Shown here piece after piece: positions 1 through 10,589 of a stretch of 32,000 nt of DNA (positions are counted from its first letter, which is position 1; each line of letters starts with the position of its first letter). Both the position numbers and the translations under genes were made by a program. The notes under the pieces were generated by a model. That model worked only from the letters and a program-made list of their open reading frames with translations. It had not been told where the DNA came from and did no database searches. Source of the DNA: Halomicrobium mukohataei DSM 12286 (GTDB lineage Archaea; Halobacteriota; Halobacteria; Halobacteriales; Haloarculaceae); contig NC_013202.1 in the NCBI RefSeq assembly GCF_000023965.1, positions 2,640,001-2,672,000 on the forward strand, given 5' to 3'.

Positions 1-2705
1 GTCATCGTGAACGTCCCGTCGTCGCTCGTTCGGGTCTGTTGGGTGTAGGTGAACGTCTCGTCGGAGGCGGGGTTGTACATCTCGACGCTCGCCTGCACGG
101 TCGCGTTCTCGGGACCGGTTCCCTCGACGGTCGCGCCGGGAACGCGCTCGAAGACCTTCAACCACTGCGGGGCCGTGTCGTGGAAGACCTGCTGTTCGAT
201 CCCCTCCGGCAGACACGCGATCTGTCCCGGGCCGGACTCTGCGACCCGGAGTGTCACGTCAGAGGTACACTCCGCGGTACTGTTGACACGCTGATAGCCC
301 AGTCCAGAGGCCGCGGCGGACTGTAGCAGACCGCGGTTGTACTGACCGCTCGCCGTCGCGGACTGCTCGCTGGTGCCGACGAGTCGGTAGTGTTCCATCG
401 CGGGGACGCGTTCGGACGGGAGCGCACCGATCCCGCCGACGCTCGACGTGGAGTCGTTGGCCGTGTACGCGCGTGCTTCTTCGAGCGTCTGGGTCTGGAA
501 GATCGCCCGCTGGCCGTCGACCTGTGCGACCTGTCGGCCCTGTAGCGTGCTCGGTTCCCAGTCGACGCCGATCGGTCGTGGCTCGACGGCACTGCCGTGG
601 TAGCGGTAGAGACGCACCACAGTGCTGTTGTAGTAGGCCTGTCGCTGGTGGACGAAAGACGGGCCCCGGAGCGACTGTGCGCGACTGGAGTAGACCGGAC
701 TGTAGTAGTCCTGCTGGCTGACCTCCGACACGTCGTAGAAGTTCGGCGGCGCGAAGAACTTCCCGCCGACGTTGCCGTTGGTCTCGGCCATCTTCCAGTC
801 GACGGCGACGTAGCGGGTCTCGGCCTCGGAGCTGTTCTCGCTCACCGTGTCGAGCGCGTCGTTGGCCTGGGTCTCGTTGGGGGCCAGCAGGAAGTTCGCG
901 GCCTCGGTGGCACCCTGCTGGAACGGGTTGGCGGTCGGAATCCGCTGGCCCTGGGCGGTTATCCAGTGGCCGTAGTCCCACCACGAGAGGACGCCGTACT
1001 GACCGTCTTCGTAGTCGAAGTCGCCGACGTTGGGGAAGGTCCCGTAGTGGTCGAGTTCGTTCGAGGCACCGCCGAAGGTCCCCTCGGCGGGCGTGTGGTT
1101 CTGCATCCAGTCGAGTCCGTCGCTCCAGCCCTCGATACCCTGACCGGGGCTGTCGTATCGGTCGATGTCTGTCGGGGACGCGACCGCGACCATCGGTGCG
1201 ACGACGAGGACGGCGATCGCGGCGACGGTGAGGACCTGGTACGTCTCGACGTTGATCCCGTCGCCGTCGACGATCGAACGGTCGCCGTCAGCGAGGTATC
1301 GGAGCACGGCACCGACCGCGTAGGCCGTCAGTCCGCCGATCGGCACTGCGAGGTAGTAGGCGAACCGCGCCTGCGTGATCGTGGCGGCCGTGACGAACGC
1401 CGCCCAGACCACGACGAGGAGCTGCTGGGGCTCGACCTTCGAGCCGATCAGGTTCCGAACGACGACGAGGGCCCCGGCAGCGAGTGCGATGAACGTCGCG
1501 AAGCCGTGCATCTGGAACAGTGCGATCGCCGGCCGGCGCATCGGCGTGATCTCGCCGATCGTCCCGGCCGTCGCGGACGGCCCGATACCGAGGACGCCGC
1601 CGAAGATCCGGACCAGGTTCCGGGCGAACAGATCGTAGATGCCCGGGGTCGCGAGCTGTGCGAAGACGACACCGAGGACGAGGATACTCAGGATCGTCAG
1701 CGGATAGAACACCGTGTCGATGTCGCGGTCGTCCCAGAAGCGTGCCAGCCAGGCCATGAACACGCAGCCGGCGGCGACGCCGAACGCGAGCGTCGGGTGT
1801 AGCAGCGAGAAGACGCCGACCCTGAACTCGGCGGCGGTGATCGGGATGAACATCAGGACCCCGGTCACGCCCAGTGCGACGGCACCGGCGATCGCCGTGT
1901 GCTCCGGGCTCTCGCCGCGGACGAACTCGATCGTCAGCTGGAAGAGCAGGTAGACGCCGACGATGCCCAGCAGGAGGACGCCGAAGGGCCAGACCCACAG
2001 GTACAGCGTGATCGCGACGCCCGCGAGCGCGCTCCAGACGAGCGTGCTCCGGAGCCCGTCGAAGTCCCTGTCGAGAAACTGCTCGTAGACCGGGCGGTCC
2101 CGGCGGGCGACCGTCACGGCGACCATCATACCGAGGACGCCCAGCGTCTGGAAGAGCACCTCCGCGATGTGGTGGTCCGAGAAACCGACCATGCTCCGCT
2201 GGAGGATCGAGCCCGCAGAGAGCGCGAACACGGCCAGTGCGACGACACCGCCTGCGCGGCCGCCGAGGCGACGGCCGATGACGTACGTGGGGATCCCCGT
2301 CAGCACCGCGAACACCGCCGGTGCGAACAGCACGACGAGTCGGATCGTGTTGTCGCTTGGCGATCCGAGCCCGACGATCAGTGCGACGGTCGCGAGCAAC
2401 TGGTCGAACAGGGTGCCGAACTGACCCACGTCGGTCCCGTGGGGGAAGTACGTCCAGGGGTCGAACGGCATCGTCTGTGGCCAGTTGCGGACGGTGTAGG
2501 CCGTCGAGCGGTAGTGATACCAGGCGTCGTTCCCGTTGAACAGCACTTCACCGTCGACGATGTAGTTGTTCCACGGTCGGACACGATTCCACAGTGTGAA
2601 CCCGAGGAGGAGGGCGCCGAAAGCGAGGTGGTAGTACTGCTGCACCAAGTCGACGGCCCGCTCGAGTTCATCGCTGTCTTCGAGGCGGCCCCGCCATTGA
2701 CTCAT
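1..2705 (-). CDS. aglB: Archaeal oligosaccharyltransferase AglB (STT3 family); C-terminal end runs off the window start
   Basis: Not in the ORF track because it is open at the window edge. My translation of the minus strand from ATG (cat at 2703-2705) gives MSQWRGRLEDSDELERAVDLVQQYYHLAFGALLLGFTLWNRVRPWNNYIVDGEVLFNGNDAWYHYRSTAYTVRNWPQTMPFDPWTYFPHG. The N-terminal half has multiple TM segments. The diagnostic WWDYGHW motif is encoded at 963-983 in the same frame. More than 901 codons are visible. Confidence 0.9.
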   Translation of the reverse strand, partial: MSQWRGRLEDSDELERAVDLVQQYYHLAFGALLLGFTLWNRVRPWNNYIVDGEVLFNGNDAWYHYRSTAYTVRNWPQTMPFDPWTYFPHGTDVGQFGTLFDQLLATVALIVGLGSPSDNTIRLVVLFAPAVFAVLTGIPTYVIGRRLGGRAGGVVALAVFALSAGSILQRSMVGFSDHHIAEVLFQTLGVLGMMVAVTVARRDRPVYEQFLDRDFDGLRSTLVWSALAGVAITLYLWVWPFGVLLLGIVGVYLLFQLTIEFVRGESPEHTAIAGAVALGVTGVLMFIPITAAEFRVGVFSLLHPTLAFGVAAGCVFMAWLARFWDDRDIDTVFYPLTILSILVLGVVFAQLATPGIYDLFARNLVRIFGGVLGIGPSATAGTIGEITPMRRPAIALFQMHGFATFIALAAGALVVVRNLIGSKVEPQQLLVVVWAAFVTAATITQARFAYYLAVPIGGLTAYAVGAVLRYLADGDRSIVDGDGINVETYQVLTVAAIAVLVVAPMVAVASPTDIDRYDSPGQGIEGWSDGLDWMQNHTPAEGTFGGASNELDHYGTFPNVGDFDYEDGQYGVLSWWDYGHWITAQGQRIPTANPFQQGATEAANFLLAPNETQANDALDTVSENSSEAETRYVAVDWKMAETNGNVGGKFFAPPNFYDVSEVSQQDYYSPVYSSRAQSLRGPSFVHQRQAYYNSTVVRLYRYHGSAVEPRPIGVDWEPSTLQGRQVAQVDGQRAIFQTQTLEEARAYTANDSTSSVGGIGALPSERVPAMEHYRLVGTSEQSATASGQYNRGLLQSAAASGLGYQRVNSTAECTSDVTLRVAESGPGQIACLPEGIEQQVFHDTAPQWLKVFERVPGATVEGTGPENATVQASVEMYNPASDETFTYTQQTRTSDDGTFTM

Positions 2706-2730
2706 TAGCCGAACGAATTGCCATCGCGCG

Positions 2731-2736
2731 CATAAG
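2731..2736 (-). promoter_or_regulatory. TATA-like box (CTTATG on the minus strand) for aglB
   Basis: Centred about 28 nt upstream of the aglB ATG at 2705, which fits a leaderless haloarchaeal promoter. It lies in the 124-bp divergent aglB/GT2 spacer. Confidence 0.4.
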
Positions 2737-2829
2737 CCTTGTCATATGGGTGCGGCAGGGCGGTTGTCGTCGCCGTTCAGGCCGCTAGTAATGAAAACGC
2801 CTATGCGACGAGGCGGGGCAGAACTCTGC

Positions 2830-3762
2830 ATGCGCGTCTCGGTCGTGATCTGTCTGCACACGATGGACCGCTTCGATCACTTCGTCGAGGCGGTCGAGAG
2901 CGTGTTCGCTGGGACGTACGACGACGTGGAACTCGTGTTGGTCTCGGACGGGAGCGACGCGGTCTGTGGGGCCATCGAGGACCGCTTCGGCGACCGAGCG
3001 GACGTACAGATCGTCTGCAACGAGGAGAACCGCGGGCTCGCAGTCAGTCGAAACCGCGGCCTCGACGCCGCCAGCGGGGACGTAGTCGCGTTTACCGACG
3101 ACGACGTGATCGCCGACGAGCGGTGGCTCGAAGCGCTGGTCTCGGTGTACGAGGAGCGCGACGTGCCGGCGGTCGGGGGGCGACTCGTCCCGGAGTGGGT
3201 CGCCGACGAGCCCGACTATCTGCCCGCCGAGTTCTACTGGCTGATCGGCGTGATGCCACCGACGTTCGGACCGGCCGACGACGCCTCGGTCGGCGGCGAG
3301 GTACGCAACACCTACGGCGGGAACATGTCGTTCCTGCGGTCGGTCCTCGAAGACCTCGGCGGCTTCGAGCCCGAGATCGGCGGTCGGACCGGCGACAAGA
3401 ACCTCCAGGGCGAAGAGACGGAGCTCTGTGCGCGACTCCAGACCGAGTACGGCCGCGGGATGTACTACACGCCCGACGCGATCGTCGCCCACAAGATCTT
3501 CGACTACCGGACGGAGCTCGGGTGGCTCCTCGATCGGGCATTCTGGCAGGGCTACTCCAAACGCGGGCTCGAAGTGCTCGTGCCGGAGACCGACGGCACG
3601 GAGTCGGACTACCTCGCCACGTTGCTGTTCGTCGCGACGCCGCGGCGGCTCCGCGGCCTCCTCACGGAGCCGTCGCTCGCGGCCGTCGTCCAGCTCGCGA
3701 TGCTGTTCGTGTTCACGGGCGTCGTAGGGCTGGGCTATCTCTACGGGGCGGTGAAGTGGTGA
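2830..3762 (+). CDS. GT2-family (GT-A fold) glycosyltransferase with C-terminal membrane anchor, Agl pathway candidate
   Basis: Track ORF 2746..3762 trimmed to ATG 2830 (MRVSVVICLHTMDRF...). In-frame ATGs at 2791 and 2803 are alternatives. Motifs: LVSDGSD, TDDDV (DxD), and two hydrophobic helices at the C-terminus (LATLLFVA..., VVQLAMLFVFTGVVGLGYLYG). Confidence 0.8.
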   Translation: MRVSVVICLHTMDRFDHFVEAVESVFAGTYDDVELVLVSDGSDAVCGAIEDRFGDRADVQIVCNEENRGLAVSRNRGLDAASGDVVAFTDDDVIADERWLEALVSVYEERDVPAVGGRLVPEWVADEPDYLPAEFYWLIGVMPPTFGPADDASVGGEVRNTYGGNMSFLRSVLEDLGGFEPEIGGRTGDKNLQGEETELCARLQTEYGRGMYYTPDAIVAHKIFDYRTELGWLLDRAFWQGYSKRGLEVLVPETDGTESDYLATLLFVATPRRLRGLLTEPSLAAVVQLAMLFVFTGVVGLGYLYGAVKW

Positions 3763-3764
3763 CC

Positions 3765-4931
3765 ATGTCCGAGGACGGCCTCCCCGGCGTCTGTGTCGTC
3801 ACCCACCCGCTCGCGTCGGCCGGCGAGAACGCTACCCGGAGCTTGCTGGAGATCCTCGCCGCGGTGACGACGGTGTCGCTCGTCACTGCTGACCTGCCGG
3901 CCGACTCCGAGATCCGAGACCGCCACGAGCTGATCGAGCTCACGGAGCGAGGAGCCGGCCAGTCGAACGTCGCCGTCGCGGCCGCCCGATTCCTCCTGAA
4001 CCAGCTCCGGATGTGCCGGGCGCTCGTCGGCAGAGACGAGGCGGTGGTGCTGTTCTACGGGGCGACCGCGTACCTCGCGCCGATCCTGTTCGCACGACTG
4101 CTGGGCAAGCGCGTCCTCGTCGAGCCACGCGGCGACGTGCCCCTGACGCTCCGATTACACTGGGAACAGTCGCTGCCGGCCGTCCTCGCGCGGACGCTCG
4201 CGGGACTGGTCCGGGCGCTGGAACGGTCGGGCTTCGCGGCCGCAGACGGCGTCGTCACGTACACGCCAGCGATGGCGGCCCAGCTCGGGCTCGACCCACA
4301 GCGCCAGCGCGTCTATCCCAACGGCGCACGGTTCGTCCACACCGACCGGTTCGACGTGGAGACGCCCCACGCAGAGCGCGAGCGAGTGGTGGGCTTTCTC
4401 GGCCGCCTCGACGAGGAGAAGGGGATCAGAACGCTCGCGAGCGTCGCACGGTCGCTCCCGCCAGAGTACACGTTCCGGTTCGTCGGTGACGGCGGACTGC
4501 GCCCCTGGCTCGAACGGGAGCTCGCCGAGGAGATCGCCGACGGGCGCGTCGAGGTGACCGGGTGGGTCGACCACGACGACGTGCCCCGACAGCTGAACGA
4601 CCTCGAACTGCTGGTGTTGCCGTCGGACCCGACCGAGGGGCTCCCGACGACGATCCTCGAAGCGCTCGCCTGCGGAACGCCGGTGTACGCGACGCCGGTC
4701 TCCGGCGTGCCGGACGTGGTTCGGGACGGCGAGACCGGCTTCCACATCGCGGATCGCGACCCTGCGACGCTGCGTGACGGGATCGAGTCGATTCTCCGTC
4801 GCGACGACCTCGACGAGATCAGCGCCCGCGGACGGACGCTGATCGAGGACGAGTACAGCTTCGCGGCGGCCTGCGAGCGGTACCGGGGGATCCTCAGAGC
4901 GGTCGTCGACGATCGAGCAGACCGGGCGTAA
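3765..4931 (+). CDS. GT4-family (GT-B fold) glycosyltransferase
   Basis: This is the 3' part of track ORF 2739..4931. The upstream 342 codons are Arg-rich and overlap the GT2 gene in another frame, so I start at ATG 3765, 2 nt after the GT2 stop (operon-like). Motifs: GFLGRLDEEKG and EGLPTTILEALACGTPVYATPVSGVPDVV (the E-x7-E region). Confidence 0.8.
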   Translation: MSEDGLPGVCVVTHPLASAGENATRSLLEILAAVTTVSLVTADLPADSEIRDRHELIELTERGAGQSNVAVAAARFLLNQLRMCRALVGRDEAVVLFYGATAYLAPILFARLLGKRVLVEPRGDVPLTLRLHWEQSLPAVLARTLAGLVRALERSGFAAADGVVTYTPAMAAQLGLDPQRQRVYPNGARFVHTDRFDVETPHAERERVVGFLGRLDEEKGIRTLASVARSLPPEYTFRFVGDGGLRPWLERELAEEIADGRVEVTGWVDHDDVPRQLNDLELLVLPSDPTEGLPTTILEALACGTPVYATPVSGVPDVVRDGETGFHIADRDPATLRDGIESILRRDDLDEISARGRTLIEDEYSFAAACERYRGILRAVVDDRADRA

Positions 4932-5011
4932 GCGCCCGTCGAGACGGGGCCAGTCCGGGACAGATCGACCCATCCGAAAGGTACTTTGGACGCGTCGGAG
5001 TGGGTCCGACA

Positions 5012-6433
<1,422 letters not shown>

Positions 6434-6452
6434 ACCGCGACGGGATTCCGGG

Positions 6453-7883
6453 TCAGAGCCCGATCGCGGGCGCGTTCTCGCGGACGACCGTCCTGAACTC
6501 TCCGGAGAGCGCCCAGAGAAGGGCGAAGTACGCCAGCGCGCCCACCACGACCAGCAGCGCTGCCGTCGCGGTGGGATCGACCAGCGGGAAGACCGGTCGT
6601 GCGACCCGTTCGACGGTCGCGACGACGACGCCCATCCCGGCGGCGGCGACCACCTGCGTCCCGATCCGTTTGACCGGGAGCGAGACCGAGACGTGGCTCC
6701 GCAGGACGAAGTAGCCGACGACGAAGCTCAGGACGACCGACGTCGCGGTCGCGACCGCCGCTCCGCGGATACGGTACTGCCAGATCAGCGCGAAGTTGAG
6801 GACGACGTTGGACACGACGAGGACGGCGTTGACCTTGAACGCCTCGCCGGGCCGGTCGATGCCGCTGAGTGCGTTGACGATCTGGCTCTGGTAGCCGTAG
6901 ACGAGGACGGCGACGATGAGTAGCCACAGCACCTCGGTCCCCTTGAGGAACTCCGAGCCGTAGATCTGCAAGAGGCGATCGCTCAACAGGACCCCGCCGA
7001 CCAGCCCCGGAATCGTGAACAGGCCCGCGTAGGCGAACGAGTCCTCGACCAGCGACGACACCCGCTCGAAGCTGTCCTCGGCCGAGAGCTTGCTCAGCTC
7101 CGGGAACAGCGCCGAGCTGATAGCGTTGCTGAAGATGATGAGGAAGTTCGCGAGGCTCCACGTGATCGCGTAGACGCCCACGAGCTCGTCGGAGACGAAG
7201 ACACCGAGGACCAGTACGTCTGCCTGGTTGAACGTCTTGCCCCGGATGCGCCCGAGCCAGGCGTACCTCGCGTACTCGTAGAGGCTCTCGAAGTGTGCCC
7301 GCGTCGGCAGTCGGTACGGACGGCCGACGAAGTACAGCCCGACGACGACGACGACGAGGCTCCCGGCCGCGTAGCCGTAGACGAGCGCGGCCAGCCCGAA
7401 CGACAGCAGGATACCGCCGACCTGCAGAGCGGTCCGGACGATCTGTCGGACCGGCCGCAGCGACGACGCGACGTGGACCAGATGGACGCCGTTCAGCATC
7501 GAGTCGACGTACGAACTCGCCACGCCGACGAGCAGCAAGACCGCGACGAACTCGACCCGACGGATGTCGAACAACTGCTCGACCAGCCCCTCGCCGAGGA
7601 AGAGGAGGACGACGATCGAGCCCGTCAGCGCGGCCATACAGAGCCCGCCAGCGACCTTGTAGGCACCCCGATCCTCGCCTTCGCTCAGCCGTTTGGCGAT
7701 CGCGCTCTCGAAGCCCAGCGTCCCGGCGAGGGCCAGCCACGCGACGATCGAGAGCAACAGGTAGTACCGACCCAGCACGTCCGCGCCCAGCAGCCGGGCG
7801 AACACGATGGTCCCGACGAACCCCGCGCCAGAAGCGAGAAACTTGGAGACGAACGTGACGAACGAGGTCTGGCCGATGCGCAT
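6453..7883 (-). CDS. Polysaccharide/oligosaccharide flippase (MOP superfamily, Wzx/AglR-like)
   Basis: Track ORF 6453..7988 trimmed to ATG 7883 (MRIGQTSFVTFVSKFLASGAGFVGTIVFARLLG). It is about 476 aa with hydrophobic helices throughout (12 or more predicted by eye). It sits in the glycosylation cluster. Confidence 0.75.
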   Translation of the reverse strand: MRIGQTSFVTFVSKFLASGAGFVGTIVFARLLGADVLGRYYLLLSIVAWLALAGTLGFESAIAKRLSEGEDRGAYKVAGGLCMAALTGSIVVLLFLGEGLVEQLFDIRRVEFVAVLLLVGVASSYVDSMLNGVHLVHVASSLRPVRQIVRTALQVGGILLSFGLAALVYGYAAGSLVVVVVGLYFVGRPYRLPTRAHFESLYEYARYAWLGRIRGKTFNQADVLVLGVFVSDELVGVYAITWSLANFLIIFSNAISSALFPELSKLSAEDSFERVSSLVEDSFAYAGLFTIPGLVGGVLLSDRLLQIYGSEFLKGTEVLWLLIVAVLVYGYQSQIVNALSGIDRPGEAFKVNAVLVVSNVVLNFALIWQYRIRGAAVATATSVVLSFVVGYFVLRSHVSVSLPVKRIGTQVVAAAGMGVVVATVERVARPVFPLVDPTATAALLVVVGALAYFALLWALSGEFRTVVRENAPAIGL

Positions 7884-7914
7884 CCCTATCGAGTCGAACG
7901 TCGGCAAGCAGTGG

Positions 7915-7922
7915 TTTATATT
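7915..7922 (-). promoter_or_regulatory. TATA box (AATATAAA on the minus strand) for the flippase gene
   Basis: AT-rich octamer in the GC-rich 142-bp divergent spacer, about 35 nt upstream of ATG 7883. Confidence 0.4.
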
Positions 7923-7994
7923 GGACGGTTCGGCGACCGTCGGTCGGGGTCCGAACCGTTCCACGGCGGTGCCCCGCCGGCCGACCACCGTGGT

Positions 7995-8000
7995 CTATAT
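7995..8000 (+). promoter_or_regulatory. TATA box (CTATAT) for the GT4 gene at 8026
   Basis: Centred 28 nt upstream of ATG 8026, implying a leaderless transcript. Confidence 0.45.
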
Positions 8001-8025
8001 CCGTGGCCGGAATATCCCCTCGGAC

Positions 8026-9204
8026 ATGGCGCGCGTCCTCATCGCCCCGGCGGACACCAGTCTCTCGAATCTGCGGTACGGCAAGAGCTACAACGTGTTG
8101 AACAACATGACCGCAGACGACGTGTGGATCGACGCGCTGGTCGGGAAAGAGGAGACGACGGTCGAAGCCGAGAACGTCACCGTTCGGGAGCTGGGGACGC
8201 AAAACAGACTGCAGTACTACGGCCGGTCGTTCCGGACGGCCGCCCGCGAGATCCGGGCCGGATCTGTCGACATCTACCACCACATGAACCTGAGCTACCG
8301 GTGGTTCAACCCCGTGTTGCTCGCCGGGATCGCCGCCGACACACCGACCGTCCTCGGCCCGTGCCAGACCGGGCACGCGATCATGGCCGAAGAGTTCAAC
8401 AACATGCTCTCACAGGCGATCGGCTACGAGCTCCCGCTGCCGGTCAGTAACGCGGTCTACTACCCGATGAACGCCGTCCGCGACGTGACGATCGACCCCG
8501 CCCGGATGTCGCTGTTCCGGCGGACCCTCGAAGCCGCCGACCGGATCACCGTCGTCCACGAGGAGGCGCGCGAAGCGTACGCGCGATACGTGGACGAGTC
8601 GAAGATCGACGTGATCCCCCTCGGCGTCGACGTGGAGCTGTTCGAGTTCACGGAGCGCCAGGACACGGAGACGCTGGTCGCGATCGGACGACTGGAACGG
8701 CGAAAAGGGTACGACGTACTCCTCGACGCGCTCGCGACCGTCGTCGAAGCCGTCCCGAACGTCCATCTCGACGTGTTCGGCGAGGGGCCCGAAGAGCAGG
8801 CGCTTCGCGAACAGGCGGCCCGCCTCGGCGTCGCGGACAACGTCACCTTCCACGGGTACGTCGACCAGTCGGTGGTTCGGGACCACCTCGCGCGGGCCAG
8901 AGCGTTCGTCCACCCGTCGCGTTCCGAGAGCTTCTCGCTGGTCCGACTGGAAGCGATGGCGGTCGGCTGTCCGGTCGTCGTCACCGACACCTCCGGCGCA
9001 CACGAGATGGTCCGAGACGGTAACGAGGGGTTCGTCGTCCCGACGGAGGCGGCCGAGCCGATCGCCGACGCGCTGCTGGAACTGCTCTCTGACTTCGAGC
9101 TGGCGCGGGCGATGGGAGCGCGCGCTCGCGAACGCGTCGAACGGAAGTACGACTGGCGAGCGATCGGACAGCAGTACGTCGACCTGTACAGATCGCTCCT
9201 GTAG
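8026..9204 (+). CDS. GT4-family glycosyltransferase
   Basis: Track ORF 7807..9204 trimmed to ATG 8026 (MARVLIAPAD...), because the upstream part overlaps the divergent promoter and flippase gene. Motifs: AIGRLERRKGYD and ESFSLVRLEAMAVGCPVVVTDTSGAHEMV. Confidence 0.8.
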   Translation: MARVLIAPADTSLSNLRYGKSYNVLNNMTADDVWIDALVGKEETTVEAENVTVRELGTQNRLQYYGRSFRTAAREIRAGSVDIYHHMNLSYRWFNPVLLAGIAADTPTVLGPCQTGHAIMAEEFNNMLSQAIGYELPLPVSNAVYYPMNAVRDVTIDPARMSLFRRTLEAADRITVVHEEAREAYARYVDESKIDVIPLGVDVELFEFTERQDTETLVAIGRLERRKGYDVLLDALATVVEAVPNVHLDVFGEGPEEQALREQAARLGVADNVTFHGYVDQSVVRDHLARARAFVHPSRSESFSLVRLEAMAVGCPVVVTDTSGAHEMVRDGNEGFVVPTEAAEPIADALLELLSDFELARAMGARARERVERKYDWRAIGQQYVDLYRSLL

Positions 9205-9223
9205 CACGGCGACGCCGGTCGGA

Positions 9224-9302
9224 ATACTGCCGGCTGTCACTGTTTCACGATATTCGCGAGATGGGGTCGCGAAATTCGTCACAGACGGACAGTCGGTAGT
9301 AA
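9224..9302 (+). repeat. Family B nested-hairpin repeat, copy B1
   Basis: Outer arms TACTGCCGGCTGTC (9225-9238) and GACAGTCGGTAGTA (9288-9301) pair over 14 bp, two of them G:T. Inner stem is TTCGCGA/TCGCGAA (9253-9259 / 9267-9273). The 5' arm ATACTGCCGGCTGTCAC recurs at 16279 and, reverse-complemented, at 10665-10681. Confidence 0.7.
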
Positions 9303-9400
9303 AACCCGACCGCTTAAATGGAACTGCCGACACCTTCCGGTACTCGACCGGGCGACCGGCGTCGCCCACCGAGGCCGTGACGACCACGGGAGATCCAGTG

Positions 9401-10471
9401 ATGAACGTCGCAATAACTGTCAAGGAGTTTCCCCCCGACATCATCGGCGGGACCGAGACCCAGACGCGCCGAATGGCCCGCGCGCTCTCCGGGGCCGGAC
9501 ACGACGTGACCGTCTACACGAAGGCCTACGGCCGCGAGACGGAGGTCGACGAGCCCTACGAGATCGTCCGGGTCCCCAACTGCCGGCGGTCGTCGTTTCT
9601 GAGTACGCTGACGTACCTGCTCGCACTGACTGCGTTGCTCGTCCGGGACCGGAACGAGATCGACGTGTTGCAGTGCATGATGATCTACCCCAACGGCTTC
9701 GTCGGGACGGTCGTCCACTATCTGACGGGAGTCCCCTACTTCGCGTGGATCCGGGGCGGGGACTACTACTTCATGAAGGACAATCCGGTCAAGCGGTGGC
9801 TGATACGGACCGTGCTGTGGGACACGACCGTCCTGGTCCAGTCGGAGGCGGTGAGAGCGGACGTGACCGCGGAGTTCGATCCGACGGACGTTCGCGTCCT
9901 CGGCAACGGCGTCGACGTGCCGGCGGGGACGGCGTCTGGCGACGAGATCGTGTTCGTCGGGCGGCTGGAAGAACAGAAGGGCGTGGCCGTCCTGCTCCGC
10001 GCACTGGCCGGGACTGAGGCGGCCTCCGCAGTCACCGTCGTCGGGGACGGCTCCCGGCGATCGGAGCTGGAGGCGCTGGCCGACGAGCTGGGCGTCGACG
10101 CGACGTTCGTCGGCGAGGTCGCCCCCGAGGCCGTCGGGGAGTATCTGGAGCGTGGCAGGCTCTTCGTGTTGCCGTCGGTCCGCGGCGAAGGGCTCCCCAA
10201 CGCCGTGCTGGAGGCGATGGCGGCCGGTCTCCCGGTCGTCGCCACGGATACCGGCGGCGTCGCAGACGCGATCGTGGACGGAGAGACGGGCTACGTCGTC
10301 GATCCGGGCGACGAGCAACGGCTGCGTGACCGTATCGAGACGATCTACGCCGACGAGCAGCGAGCCCGCGAGATGGGCGAGCGGGCCCGCGAGTACGTGA
10401 TCGAGACCTACTCGTGGGACGCGATCGTCGGACGCCTCGAAGCGCTGTACGCGGAGTGTACCGACCGCTGA
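9401..10471 (+). CDS. GT4-family glycosyltransferase
   Basis: Track ORF 9377..10471 starts at GTG; I prefer ATG 9401 (MNVAITVKEFPPDIIGGTETQTRRMARAL). Motifs: FVGRLEEQKG and EGLPNAVLEAMAAGLPVVATDTGGVADAIV. Confidence 0.8.
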   Translation: MNVAITVKEFPPDIIGGTETQTRRMARALSGAGHDVTVYTKAYGRETEVDEPYEIVRVPNCRRSSFLSTLTYLLALTALLVRDRNEIDVLQCMMIYPNGFVGTVVHYLTGVPYFAWIRGGDYYFMKDNPVKRWLIRTVLWDTTVLVQSEAVRADVTAEFDPTDVRVLGNGVDVPAGTASGDEIVFVGRLEEQKGVAVLLRALAGTEAASAVTVVGDGSRRSELEALADELGVDATFVGEVAPEAVGEYLERGRLFVLPSVRGEGLPNAVLEAMAAGLPVVATDTGGVADAIVDGETGYVVDPGDEQRLRDRIETIYADEQRAREMGERAREYVIETYSWDAIVGRLEALYAECTDR

Positions 10472-10589
10472 AAATCGCCACACGGACGAGAGTCCGGACG
10501 AGACAGATCGATCGTTCCGGCCGCGGACGGCGACCGACGCCGCCGAGTCCGTCGAGGGGCGGCTGAAGGCGCTGGGCTACGCAGAGTGA

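Noticed and set aside
597-1802. Long ORFs in the supplied track with Arg/Pro/Gly/Asp-rich, low-complexity translations. Examples: 597..1802 +, 1899..2708 +, 6421..8376 -, 13188..14369 +, 13207..14253 -, 19504..20727 -, 20045..21175 -, 24309..25499 -, 26342..27754 +, 29088..30845 +.
   Set aside because: They are antisense to, or out of frame with, genes that carry clear family motifs. Their composition is what stop-codon-poor high-GC DNA produces in non-coding frames. They have no motifs and no independent promoter signals.
2739-3764. N-terminal 342 codons of track ORF 2739..4931. Similar N-terminal extensions occur on ORFs 7807, 10605, 11842, 15332, 16444..18024, 17520..18845, 22815, 22977..23786, 26207..28498 and 29181..30782.
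   Set aside because: The extensions overlap neighbouring genes or promoters, are Arg-rich, and precede an internal start. That internal start gives the canonical family N-terminus and sits 26-31 nt from a TATA-like box.
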